Shown piece by piece: positions 1 through 9,000 of a stretch of 64,000 nt of DNA. The position numbers and the translations under genes are program-made. A model generated the notes under the pieces. The model worked only from the letters and a program-made list of their open reading frames with translations, did not search any database and was not told where the DNA came from. The stretch is from Patescibacteria group bacterium (GTDB lineage: Bacteria; Patescibacteriota; Minisyncoccia; UBA6257; UBA9933): assembly GCA_038065955.1 (NCBI GenBank), contig JBBTPY010000007.1, positions 29,232-93,231 on the forward strand, in the 5' to 3' direction. Numbering within the stretch: position 1 is the stretch's first letter; each line of letters starts with the position of its first letter.

Positions 1-88
1 ATTTATTCCCAATTTTAAGACCAACCTCTTCTAAAAGGCTTTTTGGCAAAGTTATCTGATGTTTGCTTGAAATAGTTGTTTTTGGCAT
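1..88 (-). CDS. AbrB/MazE/SpoVT-family (swapped-hairpin) antitoxin-like protein, 5' portion only (truncated by window start)
   Basis: Minus-strand ATG at 88-86; translation MPKTTISSKHQITLPKSLLEEVGLKIGNK resembles the ISSKGQITIPK...LGLKPGD motif of MazE/AbrB antitoxins; absent from ORF track because it runs off the window. Confidence 0.45.
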   Translation of the reverse strand, partial: MPKTTISSKHQITLPKSLLEEVGLKIGNK

Positions 89-310
89 ATTTACTTTACT
101 ATTATTATTTACGCTTTACATTGTATATCTAAGTAAAGCGCTTGTTAATTCATTCAAGCCATTCTGCGTGTGAACTTTTGTTCGATGCCAAGTTCAAAAA
201 TTTCACTGCTTAATTTTAAAGTCAACCGTACTTTTTCATCCGCGGACATTTTTTTAAAATTTTCGTCTTGAATATCCTGAATTGATTTTTTTGAAAATTG
301 TGAATTTTTG

Positions 311-901
311 TTAAGCATTTTTCATTTTTTTATATGCCACATAAACCAGCGCAAAAAGCGCGATACCTAAAATTATAAACCTTAAATAATCCTGCATCGC
401 GGACCAATAACCAATCGTACCGATAAGAAGAGACAATAAACCAGAAAACATAAAACTTACCGAAAGCATTGAAACGGCAACTAAAGAAAAACTTCCGACA
501 ATGGCCGCCACTCCGGCAATAATCCAAACTACAAAAACATTTCTTTTATAAATATCGTTCTCTGTATTAAATTCTTTCTGGCAAGTAAAATACGCGTTGC
601 ACCAGCCGGCTGGTTCGCCAATCGCTGTCTGCTGAGTCGGCGGCGGTAATAATCGTTTTTCCACATCTCCTTCATAACTTCTGCCATAATAAAGATTATC
701 CGACCATAATCCGCCAACAACTTCGCACTCTTCTTTTGCCGCTATATTTTTCCCGACAATTTCCGGCTTACAAAAATCATCATGCTCCGGCGCTTTGTAA
801 AAAGTGCCTATGCCGTAATTCACAAACAAATTAAAAACAATAATTATCGCAATTCCCAATCCTATTTTTTTAAGATTAAATTTTTCAAATATATTATTCA
901 T
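311..901 (-). CDS. hypothetical membrane protein (N-terminal TM helix, Cys-containing extracytoplasmic segment, 3 C-terminal TM helices)
   Basis: ORF track 196 aa; hydrophobic segments at both ends; no recognisable catalytic motif. Confidence 0.5.
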   Translation of the reverse strand: MNNIFEKFNLKKIGLGIAIIIVFNLFVNYGIGTFYKAPEHDDFCKPEIVGKNIAAKEECEVVGGLWSDNLYYGRSYEGDVEKRLLPPPTQQTAIGEPAGWCNAYFTCQKEFNTENDIYKRNVFVVWIIAGVAAIVGSFSLVAVSMLSVSFMFSGLLSLLIGTIGYWSAMQDYLRFIILGIALFALVYVAYKKMKNA

Positions 902-907
902 AGAAAT

Positions 908-1768
908 TTATTCATGTTCCGATTTTATTTTTCCTCCCAATGTTCTTAATTGATGTAAGGCCTTCTTCGCCTCTTCCGGTTTCGGCGGCTTGCCGTGCCA
1001 GTTATAATCCCATTCCATAAAATCAATGCCTTTACCGGGAATGGTGTGAGCGATAATGACCGTCGGTTTTTCGTAAATCGCCCGGGCGATATTGGCCGCG
1101 TCAACGATATGCTCTATGTTATGGCCGTCAACTTCCAAAACATGCCAGTTAAAAGCTTCGTATTTTTCTTTTAACGATTCTAACGGCATCACGTCTTCGG
1201 TAAAACCGTCTATTTGAATATTGTTTCTGTCTATTATAAGCGTCAGATTGCTTAAACGGTTTTTGGCGGCAAGCATCGCCGCCTCCCAGATTATTCCCGT
1301 GTCGTGCTCGCCGTCCGAAGTCAGACAATAAATCCGGTGTTTTTTCCCGTCCATTCGTGCCGCCAAAGCCATACCAACCGCCTGTGGCAAGCCGTCGCCC
1401 AATGGCCCGCTCGTCACCTCTATCCCCGGCAAAGAGCCGCGATGCGGATGTCCTTGTAAACGAGTACCTAATTTACGCAAAGTTTTTAATTCTTCAACCG
1501 GAAAATAACCGGCATGAGCCATTACCGCATATTGAACCGGACAATAATGACCGCAGGACAAAACAAACCTATCTCTATCCGGCCAATCTGGATTTTTCGG
1601 TTCATGATTTAAAATATGAAAATATAAAGCCGTAAAAATATCGGCGGTACCTAGTGGGCTGGCGGAATGGCCGGAACCGGCTTCGGTAAGTATCTTAATA
1701 ATGTCCTGGCGGACAATATTCGCCATTGACTCAAGAAATTTCAGTTTTTTATCGTGCAAAATTTCCAT
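908..1768 (-). CDS. transketolase, N-terminal (thiamine-diphosphate-binding) subunit of a split transketolase
   Basis: 286 aa; motifs GHSASPLGTADI, HYCPVQYAVMAHAGYFP, GSLPGIEVTSGPLGDGL, CLTSDGEHDTG typical of the TPP-binding half of Tkt; protein ends where the Pyr/C-terminal half would begin. Confidence 0.85.
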   Translation of the reverse strand: MEILHDKKLKFLESMANIVRQDIIKILTEAGSGHSASPLGTADIFTALYFHILNHEPKNPDWPDRDRFVLSCGHYCPVQYAVMAHAGYFPVEELKTLRKLGTRLQGHPHRGSLPGIEVTSGPLGDGLPQAVGMALAARMDGKKHRIYCLTSDGEHDTGIIWEAAMLAAKNRLSNLTLIIDRNNIQIDGFTEDVMPLESLKEKYEAFNWHVLEVDGHNIEHIVDAANIARAIYEKPTVIIAHTIPGKGIDFMEWDYNWHGKPPKPEEAKKALHQLRTLGGKIKSEHE

Positions 1769-1780
1769 ATAATTAATTTA

Positions 1781-2476
1781 TCAAATTTTCGCCAATTCAT
1801 CAAACGCCGCTTTGGGATTTTGATTTTCCCAGATATAACTGGCCGCCGCCAAAATGTCCGCGCCGGCTTCTTTACATAGTTTAGCGGTTTCTAAATTTAC
1901 CCCGCCGTCAACTTCAACCGCAATATCAGCATATTCGCCGTCCAAACTTTTTAAAAATTTTATTTTATCAAAAATTTTCTCCTGGAATTTCTGGCCGGCC
2001 AAACCCGGCTCAACGGCTAAAATTTGGATAAAACTTATTTTATTCAAATAAGGAATAAGTTCTTCAACCGGCGTTTTGGGCGCGAGCGCCAAACCGACTT
2101 CAACATTTTTCGGCTCGCATTTCTCCAAAATAAAATTCAAAATATCGCTGAAATCGTTCAGTGGATTTTTCTCCGCCGTTTTTACCAGCGCCTCAAAATG
2201 AACAATTATTCTTTTCGCGCCGGCATCAAGCCAATCGTCGATCGCTTCCTGCGGATTTTCAACCATTAAGTGAACCTCGATATTTACATTTGACATTTTA
2301 CTGCTGACATCTGACAACTCTGACGGGTTATTCCAAGTTTTCCAATTAGTGAATTTGCCGTCAGCAATGTCAATCTGCGCCCATCTATTTGCCGGCGAAA
2401 AAAATTTCGCGGCTTTTTGGAGTTTTTCTTTAACGCATTCAAAATTTCCGCAATTTATCGCCGGAACGATTTGCAT
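1781..2476 (-). CDS. rpe: ribulose-phosphate 3-epimerase
   Basis: 231 aa; VHLMVENP and EPGLAGQKF motifs, (beta/alpha)8 RPE family. Confidence 0.85.
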   Translation of the reverse strand: MQIVPAINCGNFECVKEKLQKAAKFFSPANRWAQIDIADGKFTNWKTWNNPSELSDVSSKMSNVNIEVHLMVENPQEAIDDWLDAGAKRIIVHFEALVKTAEKNPLNDFSDILNFILEKCEPKNVEVGLALAPKTPVEELIPYLNKISFIQILAVEPGLAGQKFQEKIFDKIKFLKSLDGEYADIAVEVDGGVNLETAKLCKEAGADILAAASYIWENQNPKAAFDELAKI

Positions 2477-2480
2477 AAAC

Positions 2481-3044
2481 TTAAAATTTCACTTTAACCG
2501 GCTCTTTTTCTTCTTCTCTCTCTAATCCGAAAAATTCCTCTTTAACAAAACCAAACAGGCCGGCAATTAAATTGATCGGGAAAACTTCTATTTTCACGTT
2601 ATATTCCATCACATTGCCGTTATAAAATCTTCTGGCCGCCTGAATTTTATTTTCCGTGTCCGCCAGTTCCCTTTGTAAATCCAAAAAATTGACGTTGGCC
2701 TTAAGTTCCGGATAATTTTCCGCCACCGCGAACAAAGTTTTTAAAGTATCTGTTAAAGCGTTTTCGGCGCCTGCTTTTTCCGATTTTCCGGCGGCGCCGA
2801 GAGCGTTAGTCCGCGCTTCCGTCACTTTTTCAAAAACCGTCCGCTCGTGCGCCATATAACCCTTAACGGCTTCAACAAAATTAGGAATTAAATCATAGCG
2901 GCGTTTTAACTGCGCTTCAATATCCGACCACGCTTCGCGAACCCGATAACGGCGCCTTATAAGACCGTTATAGGTCAAAATAATCCAAAAAGCGGCGACA
3001 ATAACAATAAAAAGAATAATATTTAAAAAATTAAAATAATACAT
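2481..3044 (-). CDS. LemA family membrane-anchored protein
   Basis: 187 aa; N-terminal TM helix then REAWSDIEAQLKRRYDLIPNFVEAVKGY, a near-consensus LemA motif. Confidence 0.8.
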   Translation of the reverse strand: MYYFNFLNIILFIVIVAAFWIILTYNGLIRRRYRVREAWSDIEAQLKRRYDLIPNFVEAVKGYMAHERTVFEKVTEARTNALGAAGKSEKAGAENALTDTLKTLFAVAENYPELKANVNFLDLQRELADTENKIQAARRFYNGNVMEYNVKIEVFPINLIAGLFGFVKEEFFGLEREEEKEPVKVKF

Positions 3045-3057
3045 TTACAAAATAAAT

Positions 3058-4050
3058 TTATAAATTCTCCGCGACCTTTAAAACATGTTTCAAAAGCATT
3101 GCCGCGTATCCCCATTCATTGTCATACCACGATAAAACTTTTACTAAATCGCCGTCGACGACTTTGGTAAAATTCAAATCAACGAGCGCGCCGTACGGCT
3201 CGCCGACGATATCCGATGAAACAACTTGCTCGTCAACGGTTTTTAAAATTCCGCGCCATTTCGGCGAATCCGCCGCCTTTTTCAAAATTTCATTAATCTC
3301 TTCAACTGAAGTTTTTCTTTTGGAAATAAAAGTAATGTCGGCGATTGACCCCGCAATGACGGGCACTCTTAAAGCGATGCCGTCAAATTTTCCTTCTAAT
3401 TCTTTAATTACCTTGGTAACGGCAATGGCCGCTCCGGTGGTTGAAGGAATAATATTCTGCGCTCCGGCCCGGCCGCGCCGAAAATCGTTTCCTTTTACCG
3501 GCGAATCAATTATTGTTTGCGTATTAGTGTAAGCGTGAACCGTGTTTAAAATCGCTTTTTCAATGCCCGGATTTTCTAATAAAACCGCGATTACCGGCGA
3601 AGCGGCGTTAGTGGTGCAGGAAGCGTTGGAAGAAATTTGGCAAGTTTTCAAATCTTTTTCGTTTAAGCCGACTAAAACCGTTTTGCCGAGCGTTCCGTCG
3701 GCGTCTTTCGCCGGCGCGCTCAAAACCACCCTTTTTGCTCCGGCGTCCAAATGCGCTTTGGCTTTTTCATAAGTTTCAAAAACGCCGGTTGACTCAATAA
3801 CGATGTCAACGCCCAAATCTTTCCATGGCAGTTTCGCCGGGTCTTTTTCTTGTAAAAATTTTACATTGCCGATAGGCGATTCAAAGCGTCCATAAACCGA
3901 ATCGTGTTTTAATAAATAAAGCAGATTTTCAACGTCGCTTAAATCGTTAATCGCGACCACTTCAATATCGGGCTCATTTATCGCCTGCCTTAAAAATAAT
4001 CTGCCTATCCGGCCGAAACCGTTAATCGCTATTTTAGTTTTCTTTTTCAT
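3058..4050 (-). CDS. gap: type I glyceraldehyde-3-phosphate dehydrogenase
   Basis: 330 aa; INGFGRIGR NAD-binding motif and SNASCTTN catalytic-Cys motif. Confidence 0.9.
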   Translation of the reverse strand: MKKKTKIAINGFGRIGRLFLRQAINEPDIEVVAINDLSDVENLLYLLKHDSVYGRFESPIGNVKFLQEKDPAKLPWKDLGVDIVIESTGVFETYEKAKAHLDAGAKRVVLSAPAKDADGTLGKTVLVGLNEKDLKTCQISSNASCTTNAASPVIAVLLENPGIEKAILNTVHAYTNTQTIIDSPVKGNDFRRGRAGAQNIIPSTTGAAIAVTKVIKELEGKFDGIALRVPVIAGSIADITFISKRKTSVEEINEILKKAADSPKWRGILKTVDEQVVSSDIVGEPYGALVDLNFTKVVDGDLVKVLSWYDNEWGYAAMLLKHVLKVAENL

Positions 4051-4486
4051 ATTCGTTTATTTTAGCAAGCCGCCTTTTATATTTTTCTTCTTTTGAAAAC
4101 GGCGTTTCCAGCCAAGCCGTTAAAATTTTCTTCGCCTCTTCTTCGTTTATGAATTCCGCGGCCAAAGCCAAAACATTGGCGTCATCGTCCTTGCGGCTTA
4201 AAATCGCCTGCCGGACATTATTGGCCAAAGCCGAACGAATGCCGTCAAATTTATTCGCCACGATGTCAACGCCGACTCCGGAACCGCAAATAACTATTCC
4301 CCGGCGATTTTCCAGATTTTCGGAAACCGCTTTCGCCGCCGCTTTGGCGAAATCAGGATAATCATCATTTTCATTATACTCCGCGTTGCCGACGTCAACA
4401 ACTTCGCGCCCGGATTCTTTTAAAAATTTTTTTACGAATTCTTTCAAATGAAATCCCCGATGGTCCGCGCCGATGTAAATTAACAT
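4034..4486 (-). CDS. rpiB: ribose-5-phosphate isomerase B (RpiB/LacA/LacB family)
   Basis: ORF track 4034..4507; likely start at internal Met giving MLIYIGADHRGF; GSGVG motif conserved in RpiB. Confidence 0.75.
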   Translation of the reverse strand: MLIYIGADHRGFHLKEFVKKFLKESGREVVDVGNAEYNENDDYPDFAKAAAKAVSENLENRRGIVICGSGVGVDIVANKFDGIRSALANNVRQAILSRKDDDANVLALAAEFINEEEAKKILTAWLETPFSKEEKYKRRLAKINEYEKEN

Positions 4487-4493
4487 ATAGATA

Positions 4494-5540
4494 TTATAAC
4501 CCGCCAATCTCCGGCTGAAAAGAATCGTTGATTTTTACTTCAATCGGTTCAACTTCAATGATTTTTTTGTTTTGAATTTTGACTTTGAGCAACAACCCCT
4601 TCATTGTTTCTTCGGAAAAATTCTGGTCAAAAATAAAATTACCGAGAGAATAAGCTATCCAGCCATTTTTATATCTTTCAATTTCCTGAACCACGTGCGG
4701 ATGGTGGCCGACGATTAAATCCGCGCCCGATTCCACAAGCGAACGACCGATTTCCTGCTGTTTTTTATTTGAACGCTGCTGATATTCCTCACCCCAATGA
4801 AAAGAAACAATGACAATATCGGCGATTTCCAACTGCTTCACCGCATAAATTTCTTCTTTTATTCTCTCGCTATCAAAAGAGCTCCTGCCGGCTTTGTCTT
4901 TTGTCGCTTCAAACACTTGAGCGTTTGGTTCAAGATTACTGTAAGCGAAAAACGCGATTTTTATGTCGCCTATTTCTTTAATAACCGGATTATTCGCTTC
5001 TAGATAATCTTTTCCCGCGCCAACCGACTCGATGCCGTTTGTTTTTAAAATAGAAACCGTGTCTTCAATCGCGTCTCTTCCCCAATCAAAAATATGATTG
5101 TTTGCCAAAGACAAAACGTCAAAGCCGGCGAATTTCAAACCGTCAACCGTTTCCGAAGCGAAACGAAAGGAGTATTTTATTTTATGATTTGTTCCGCGTT
5201 CCGATATCGGCCCTTCCAAATTTCCGAAAGCCAAATCCGCTCTGTTTATTTCTCCGGCGATTTTCAAAAACGAAAAGCGACTATCGCCATATTTCCGCCA
5301 AATATTTTCAACTCCGCGGCCAAGCATAATATCACCGACAAAAACAATGTTAATTTCTTTTTGTTGCTTGGATTCTGATTGATTTAAAATTTCATTCACT
5401 CTAATCGTCGATAAATTCGCCTGAAGATTGGAAGATAAAGAACTTGAATACGCGTCAGAAAATTCCTGTCCAAAATAAATCGCCGAGCCGGCGACCAGCG
5501 ACAAAATTAAAATAAAAATGGAAAAATAGAAATTCCTCAT
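4494..5540 (-). CDS. CapA-family metallophosphoesterase (poly-gamma-glutamate synthesis CapA-like), membrane anchored
   Basis: 348 aa; N-terminal TM; VFVGDIMLGRG and GADLIVGHHPHVVQ calcineurin-like/CapA motifs. Confidence 0.75.
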   Translation of the reverse strand: MRNFYFSIFILILSLVAGSAIYFGQEFSDAYSSSLSSNLQANLSTIRVNEILNQSESKQQKEINIVFVGDIMLGRGVENIWRKYGDSRFSFLKIAGEINRADLAFGNLEGPISERGTNHKIKYSFRFASETVDGLKFAGFDVLSLANNHIFDWGRDAIEDTVSILKTNGIESVGAGKDYLEANNPVIKEIGDIKIAFFAYSNLEPNAQVFEATKDKAGRSSFDSERIKEEIYAVKQLEIADIVIVSFHWGEEYQQRSNKKQQEIGRSLVESGADLIVGHHPHVVQEIERYKNGWIAYSLGNFIFDQNFSEETMKGLLLKVKIQNKKIIEVEPIEVKINDSFQPEIGGL

Positions 5541-5554
5541 AAATTTAACTTACA

Positions 5555-6061
5555 TCAGTTTATCAAATTAAAAGCGATAATTCCAAACGCCACCGACACG
5601 TTAAGCGATTCTTTCTTGCCACGCATCGGAATTTCCAGAATCCGTTCGGCGCGGCTCAGGATTGACGGCGGCAAACCTTTAATTTCGCCGCCTAATACTA
5701 AAACAACTTTTTTACATCCGACATTCGATTTTTGCCGCCTTCGGCGAGCCTCGCTTTTAGCGGGACATTTGACCAGATAATACGGAATTGATTTTTTTGA
5801 TTGCTCAATCGCAAATATTTTATATCCCTCTTTTTTTAATTGAGCAATCAAGCGCGCCGAAGATTTACAATATTCCCACTCAACGTATTTTTCCGCAGCC
5901 AAAGAAACTTTCGTTAATTGCGTTCTCGGTCGGCCGAAAGCGTCAACCGGCGTCGGCGTAAAACCGCAAAGATAAATTTTTTCAACGCCGGCTGCGTCAG
6001 CGGTGCGAAAAATGGAACCGACGTTGTGAAGACTGCGGATGTTATGAAGAATAACGAACAT
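5555..6061 (-). CDS. SpoU/TrmH-family RNA 2'-O-methyltransferase
   Basis: ORF track 5555..6268 overlaps upstream gene by 206 nt. Met at 6061 gives MFVILHNIRSLHNVGSIFRTADAAG (SpoU motif 1) and starts 1 nt after the stop of the 1619-aa gene. Confidence 0.7.
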   Translation of the reverse strand: MFVILHNIRSLHNVGSIFRTADAAGVEKIYLCGFTPTPVDAFGRPRTQLTKVSLAAEKYVEWEYCKSSARLIAQLKKEGYKIFAIEQSKKSIPYYLVKCPAKSEARRRRQKSNVGCKKVVLVLGGEIKGLPPSILSRAERILEIPMRGKKESLNVSVAFGIIAFNLIN

Positions 6062-6062
6062 A

Positions 6063-9000
6063 TTATTCAAGAAAAACCGGATAAAACCACTCCGTTGAAA
6101 TAACTTCTGAATAATTTCCAAATTCATCTTTGGCGCGAATATAAATTTTATAAGAATTGTCGAATAAAACCGGAATAGCGGGAGCAGTTTGAATAATAGG
6201 ACTAATATTGCCAGCATCATTCCTAATTTGATAACCGGCTTTAACGGCTTCTCCCCAATTATTTTCATCTAACTCTTCATCTATTAAATGATAATTTAAT
6301 TCATATTTAATTGAACCGTCAATCGTATCCGGATCCGTTGAATTATCCCAGCTAATAATTAAATTTGAAGAAGTTCCATTAAAAATAGTTGTTAAATTTA
6401 AAGGCACGGTTGGCGGCCGATGAATCGGCTCGTTGCCGAAATAATATTTTGTTTTATCAACGGCCACGAGCCTAAAATTATCCGTGCCGCCAGACCAGCG
6501 GGAAGAATTGACGAAAGAATAATAAGCCACGGTTAAATAATCGCCCGAAACAAAATTTATATTATTATCGTTAGCATTAAAACCGACGTCATTTGCTTTT
6601 ATAATAAAATGATTATCTTCTAAATCGCCGTATTGCATCGCGCTGTTCATCATACCTCCCCAAACTCCGCACTGCTCTTTAATATCTGGCAAAATCAGCA
6701 TTTCCCGATTTGAAGAATTGCCGCCGGAGCAAATATTAAACTGAACTTTTAAAACTTTGTCTAAAATTTCCTGCGGCCAGGCGCTGGGCCAAGTGGGGAA
6801 AGATGAAGTAATGGAGCTGTAAATATATTCTCGTTTTTCCGCTTTATTATTAAGATAAAAAACTAAAATTTTCCAACTGGTATTTTGTCCGTTTTGATAA
6901 ACATCCGGCACAAAAGGATATTGACCGTAAAAAGATTCTATCAGATAATCCGCGTCTGAATAATTGGGATTTTTGTAAAAATAAAGATTAGAAAGAAAAC
7001 TGGGAATGGAAATTGACGAAATCGCGGTTTCCGAAGCTAATCCTTCTTTGTCAAACGCCTGAACGGAAAAATTATAATTGCGGCCGACTTCGTCAATGAA
7101 AACAGCGGTACTGGTTAAAGCTGTTTCAATAATTGAAACATTAAATTCTGAATAACCGCCATTCAAATTGTATGTTCGTATTCTGTAAGTTGAACTGGCA
7201 TTGTTTGGCTCTTTGATTCTATAAATTAGAGTTGAGGTTCCGCCGGAAAAATCTTGCGACTCCTGCCAGTTAAAAATTAATTGCATTGTACTGGTACTGT
7301 AATCAATATTGAAATTTTGAGGAATTACGGGTGCGTTGCGCGGCTCCGGAAAATTTTGCGAATTTTGCGGATTAGAGACGCCGCGGATTTCAAAGTCGGT
7401 CGCGCCATCGGTATCGCAACTATTGCCTAAAAATTCGTTTTCATTTTGAGCTGAAACGCAATCGCCGTCCGAAAAAGCTTTTCGCTCCAAACTTTGGCCG
7501 GCATCCGGCACGGTTGAAGTGGCGATGCCGACGGTTAATAGAAAATCGCCGTAAGACAAACTGTCAATAATCGCCGAATCATTAATGTCCGAAATAACGG
7601 TCGTGGCGCTAACTAAAAAAATCGCGCCGCCGCTTGAAATTCCAGACAAAGAAAAAGCGCTGTAAGTCATATCCGCCTTGTCTTTTAAAGACGAAGTGGC
7701 ATTTGAATTAATCACTAAATAAAAACTTTTGGCGGCAATTTCACTGTCGTTTGAAAAATTTTTCTTGCTGATTTTATCCGTTGAAGTAGCCGTTCCGCTT
7801 AAATATTGAATTGAATAATCAGCTAAAGAAATCGCGTTGTCGGTCGGATTATAAATTTCTATAAATTCATCGTTTTGATTTTCTCCCTTAACTTGAATCT
7901 CGCTGATTGCAAGATTATTAACAAAAAAGGCGCTTGGCGCCTGATTTGTTTGATTCGTCTGACAGGCCGCGGTTTGAGTTTTTGGACTCGGACAATTTTG
8001 GATTTCAAAATCTTGCGCGTTATTGTCTGTGTCAATAAATTCGTCGTTCTGAAATTTTCTTTGAATACTTTGGCTTGACAACGGTTCGGCCGCGCAAGAA
8101 CCTTCGCAATCGCTCGCTTGGCCCCATCCGACTTTATCAACCGCCTCGCCGTTTGAATTTTTAAGTTGAATCGCGTTTGATTCGGTTAAAGTCAAATCAT
8201 CTAAAATAATGTCGCCGCCGCTTAACGAATTGCGCGAAATTAAAAAATAACCGTAAGCGGAAATTACTTTGTTCACAAAATAAGTTTTTGAGACCGACGA
8301 ACCGAAATTGGCGCCCGTTTGAGTTTTTCTCTGAAGATACCAATCTGTTAAATCAACCGCCGAATTATTGGGATTATAAAGTTCTATGAACCTGTTCCCC
8401 GTTGGATAAATTTGAATTTCTGAAATTAAAATTTTTGCCGGCGGATTATTCGTTATCGGTGGCTGATTATTAGTTGGCGTTCCGCCGCCGCTTGCGGCGG
8501 CGGTTGGAGCCGAATTTTCCCTTTTCGGCGTGCCCAAAATCCCGTTTTGGGCAATACCATTATAAGTATGCCAAGAAAAATCAGGGCTTCGCTCCATCGT
8601 TCTTTTTTGGCCGTTATCGCCGGCCGGCCAATTTGGCGCCGCAAAAACCTCATCAATTAAATTACACTGCTCATCAAAAAGCCGTATGCCCTCGTCGCTG
8701 TTATTTAAAGTGCCGTTATAAATTTTATCAGCCGAAATATTCGGCGCGGAACCGTCATCCGTTCTTTCTAAGAGATAAAATCCATTGGTTGAAATTTTTG
8801 TTCCACTATTAAAAATTATTTTTATATTTTCCGATTTATCAATTACTTGCCAACCGTTTAAATTAATTTCGTTGTTGGAAATGTTTTTTAATTCAAACCA
8901 TTCGTCTGCCGCGGTCAAGCCAAAATCGCCCGAGCCGCCCATCCATGAGACTTCGTTGATAATAACTTTTTGGCGAGACGACGATTGAGCCGTATTAAAA

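Noticed and set aside
1357-5378. Numerous 60-140-aa plus-strand ORFs in the ORF track (e.g. 1357..1635, 1854..2051, 2024..2269, 3119..3532, 3542..3772, 4149..4361, 5094..5378) lying inside minus-strand genes
   Set aside because: All are antisense shadows of well-supported conserved genes (transketolase, rpe, gap, rpiB, CapA); low-complexity translations, no motifs.
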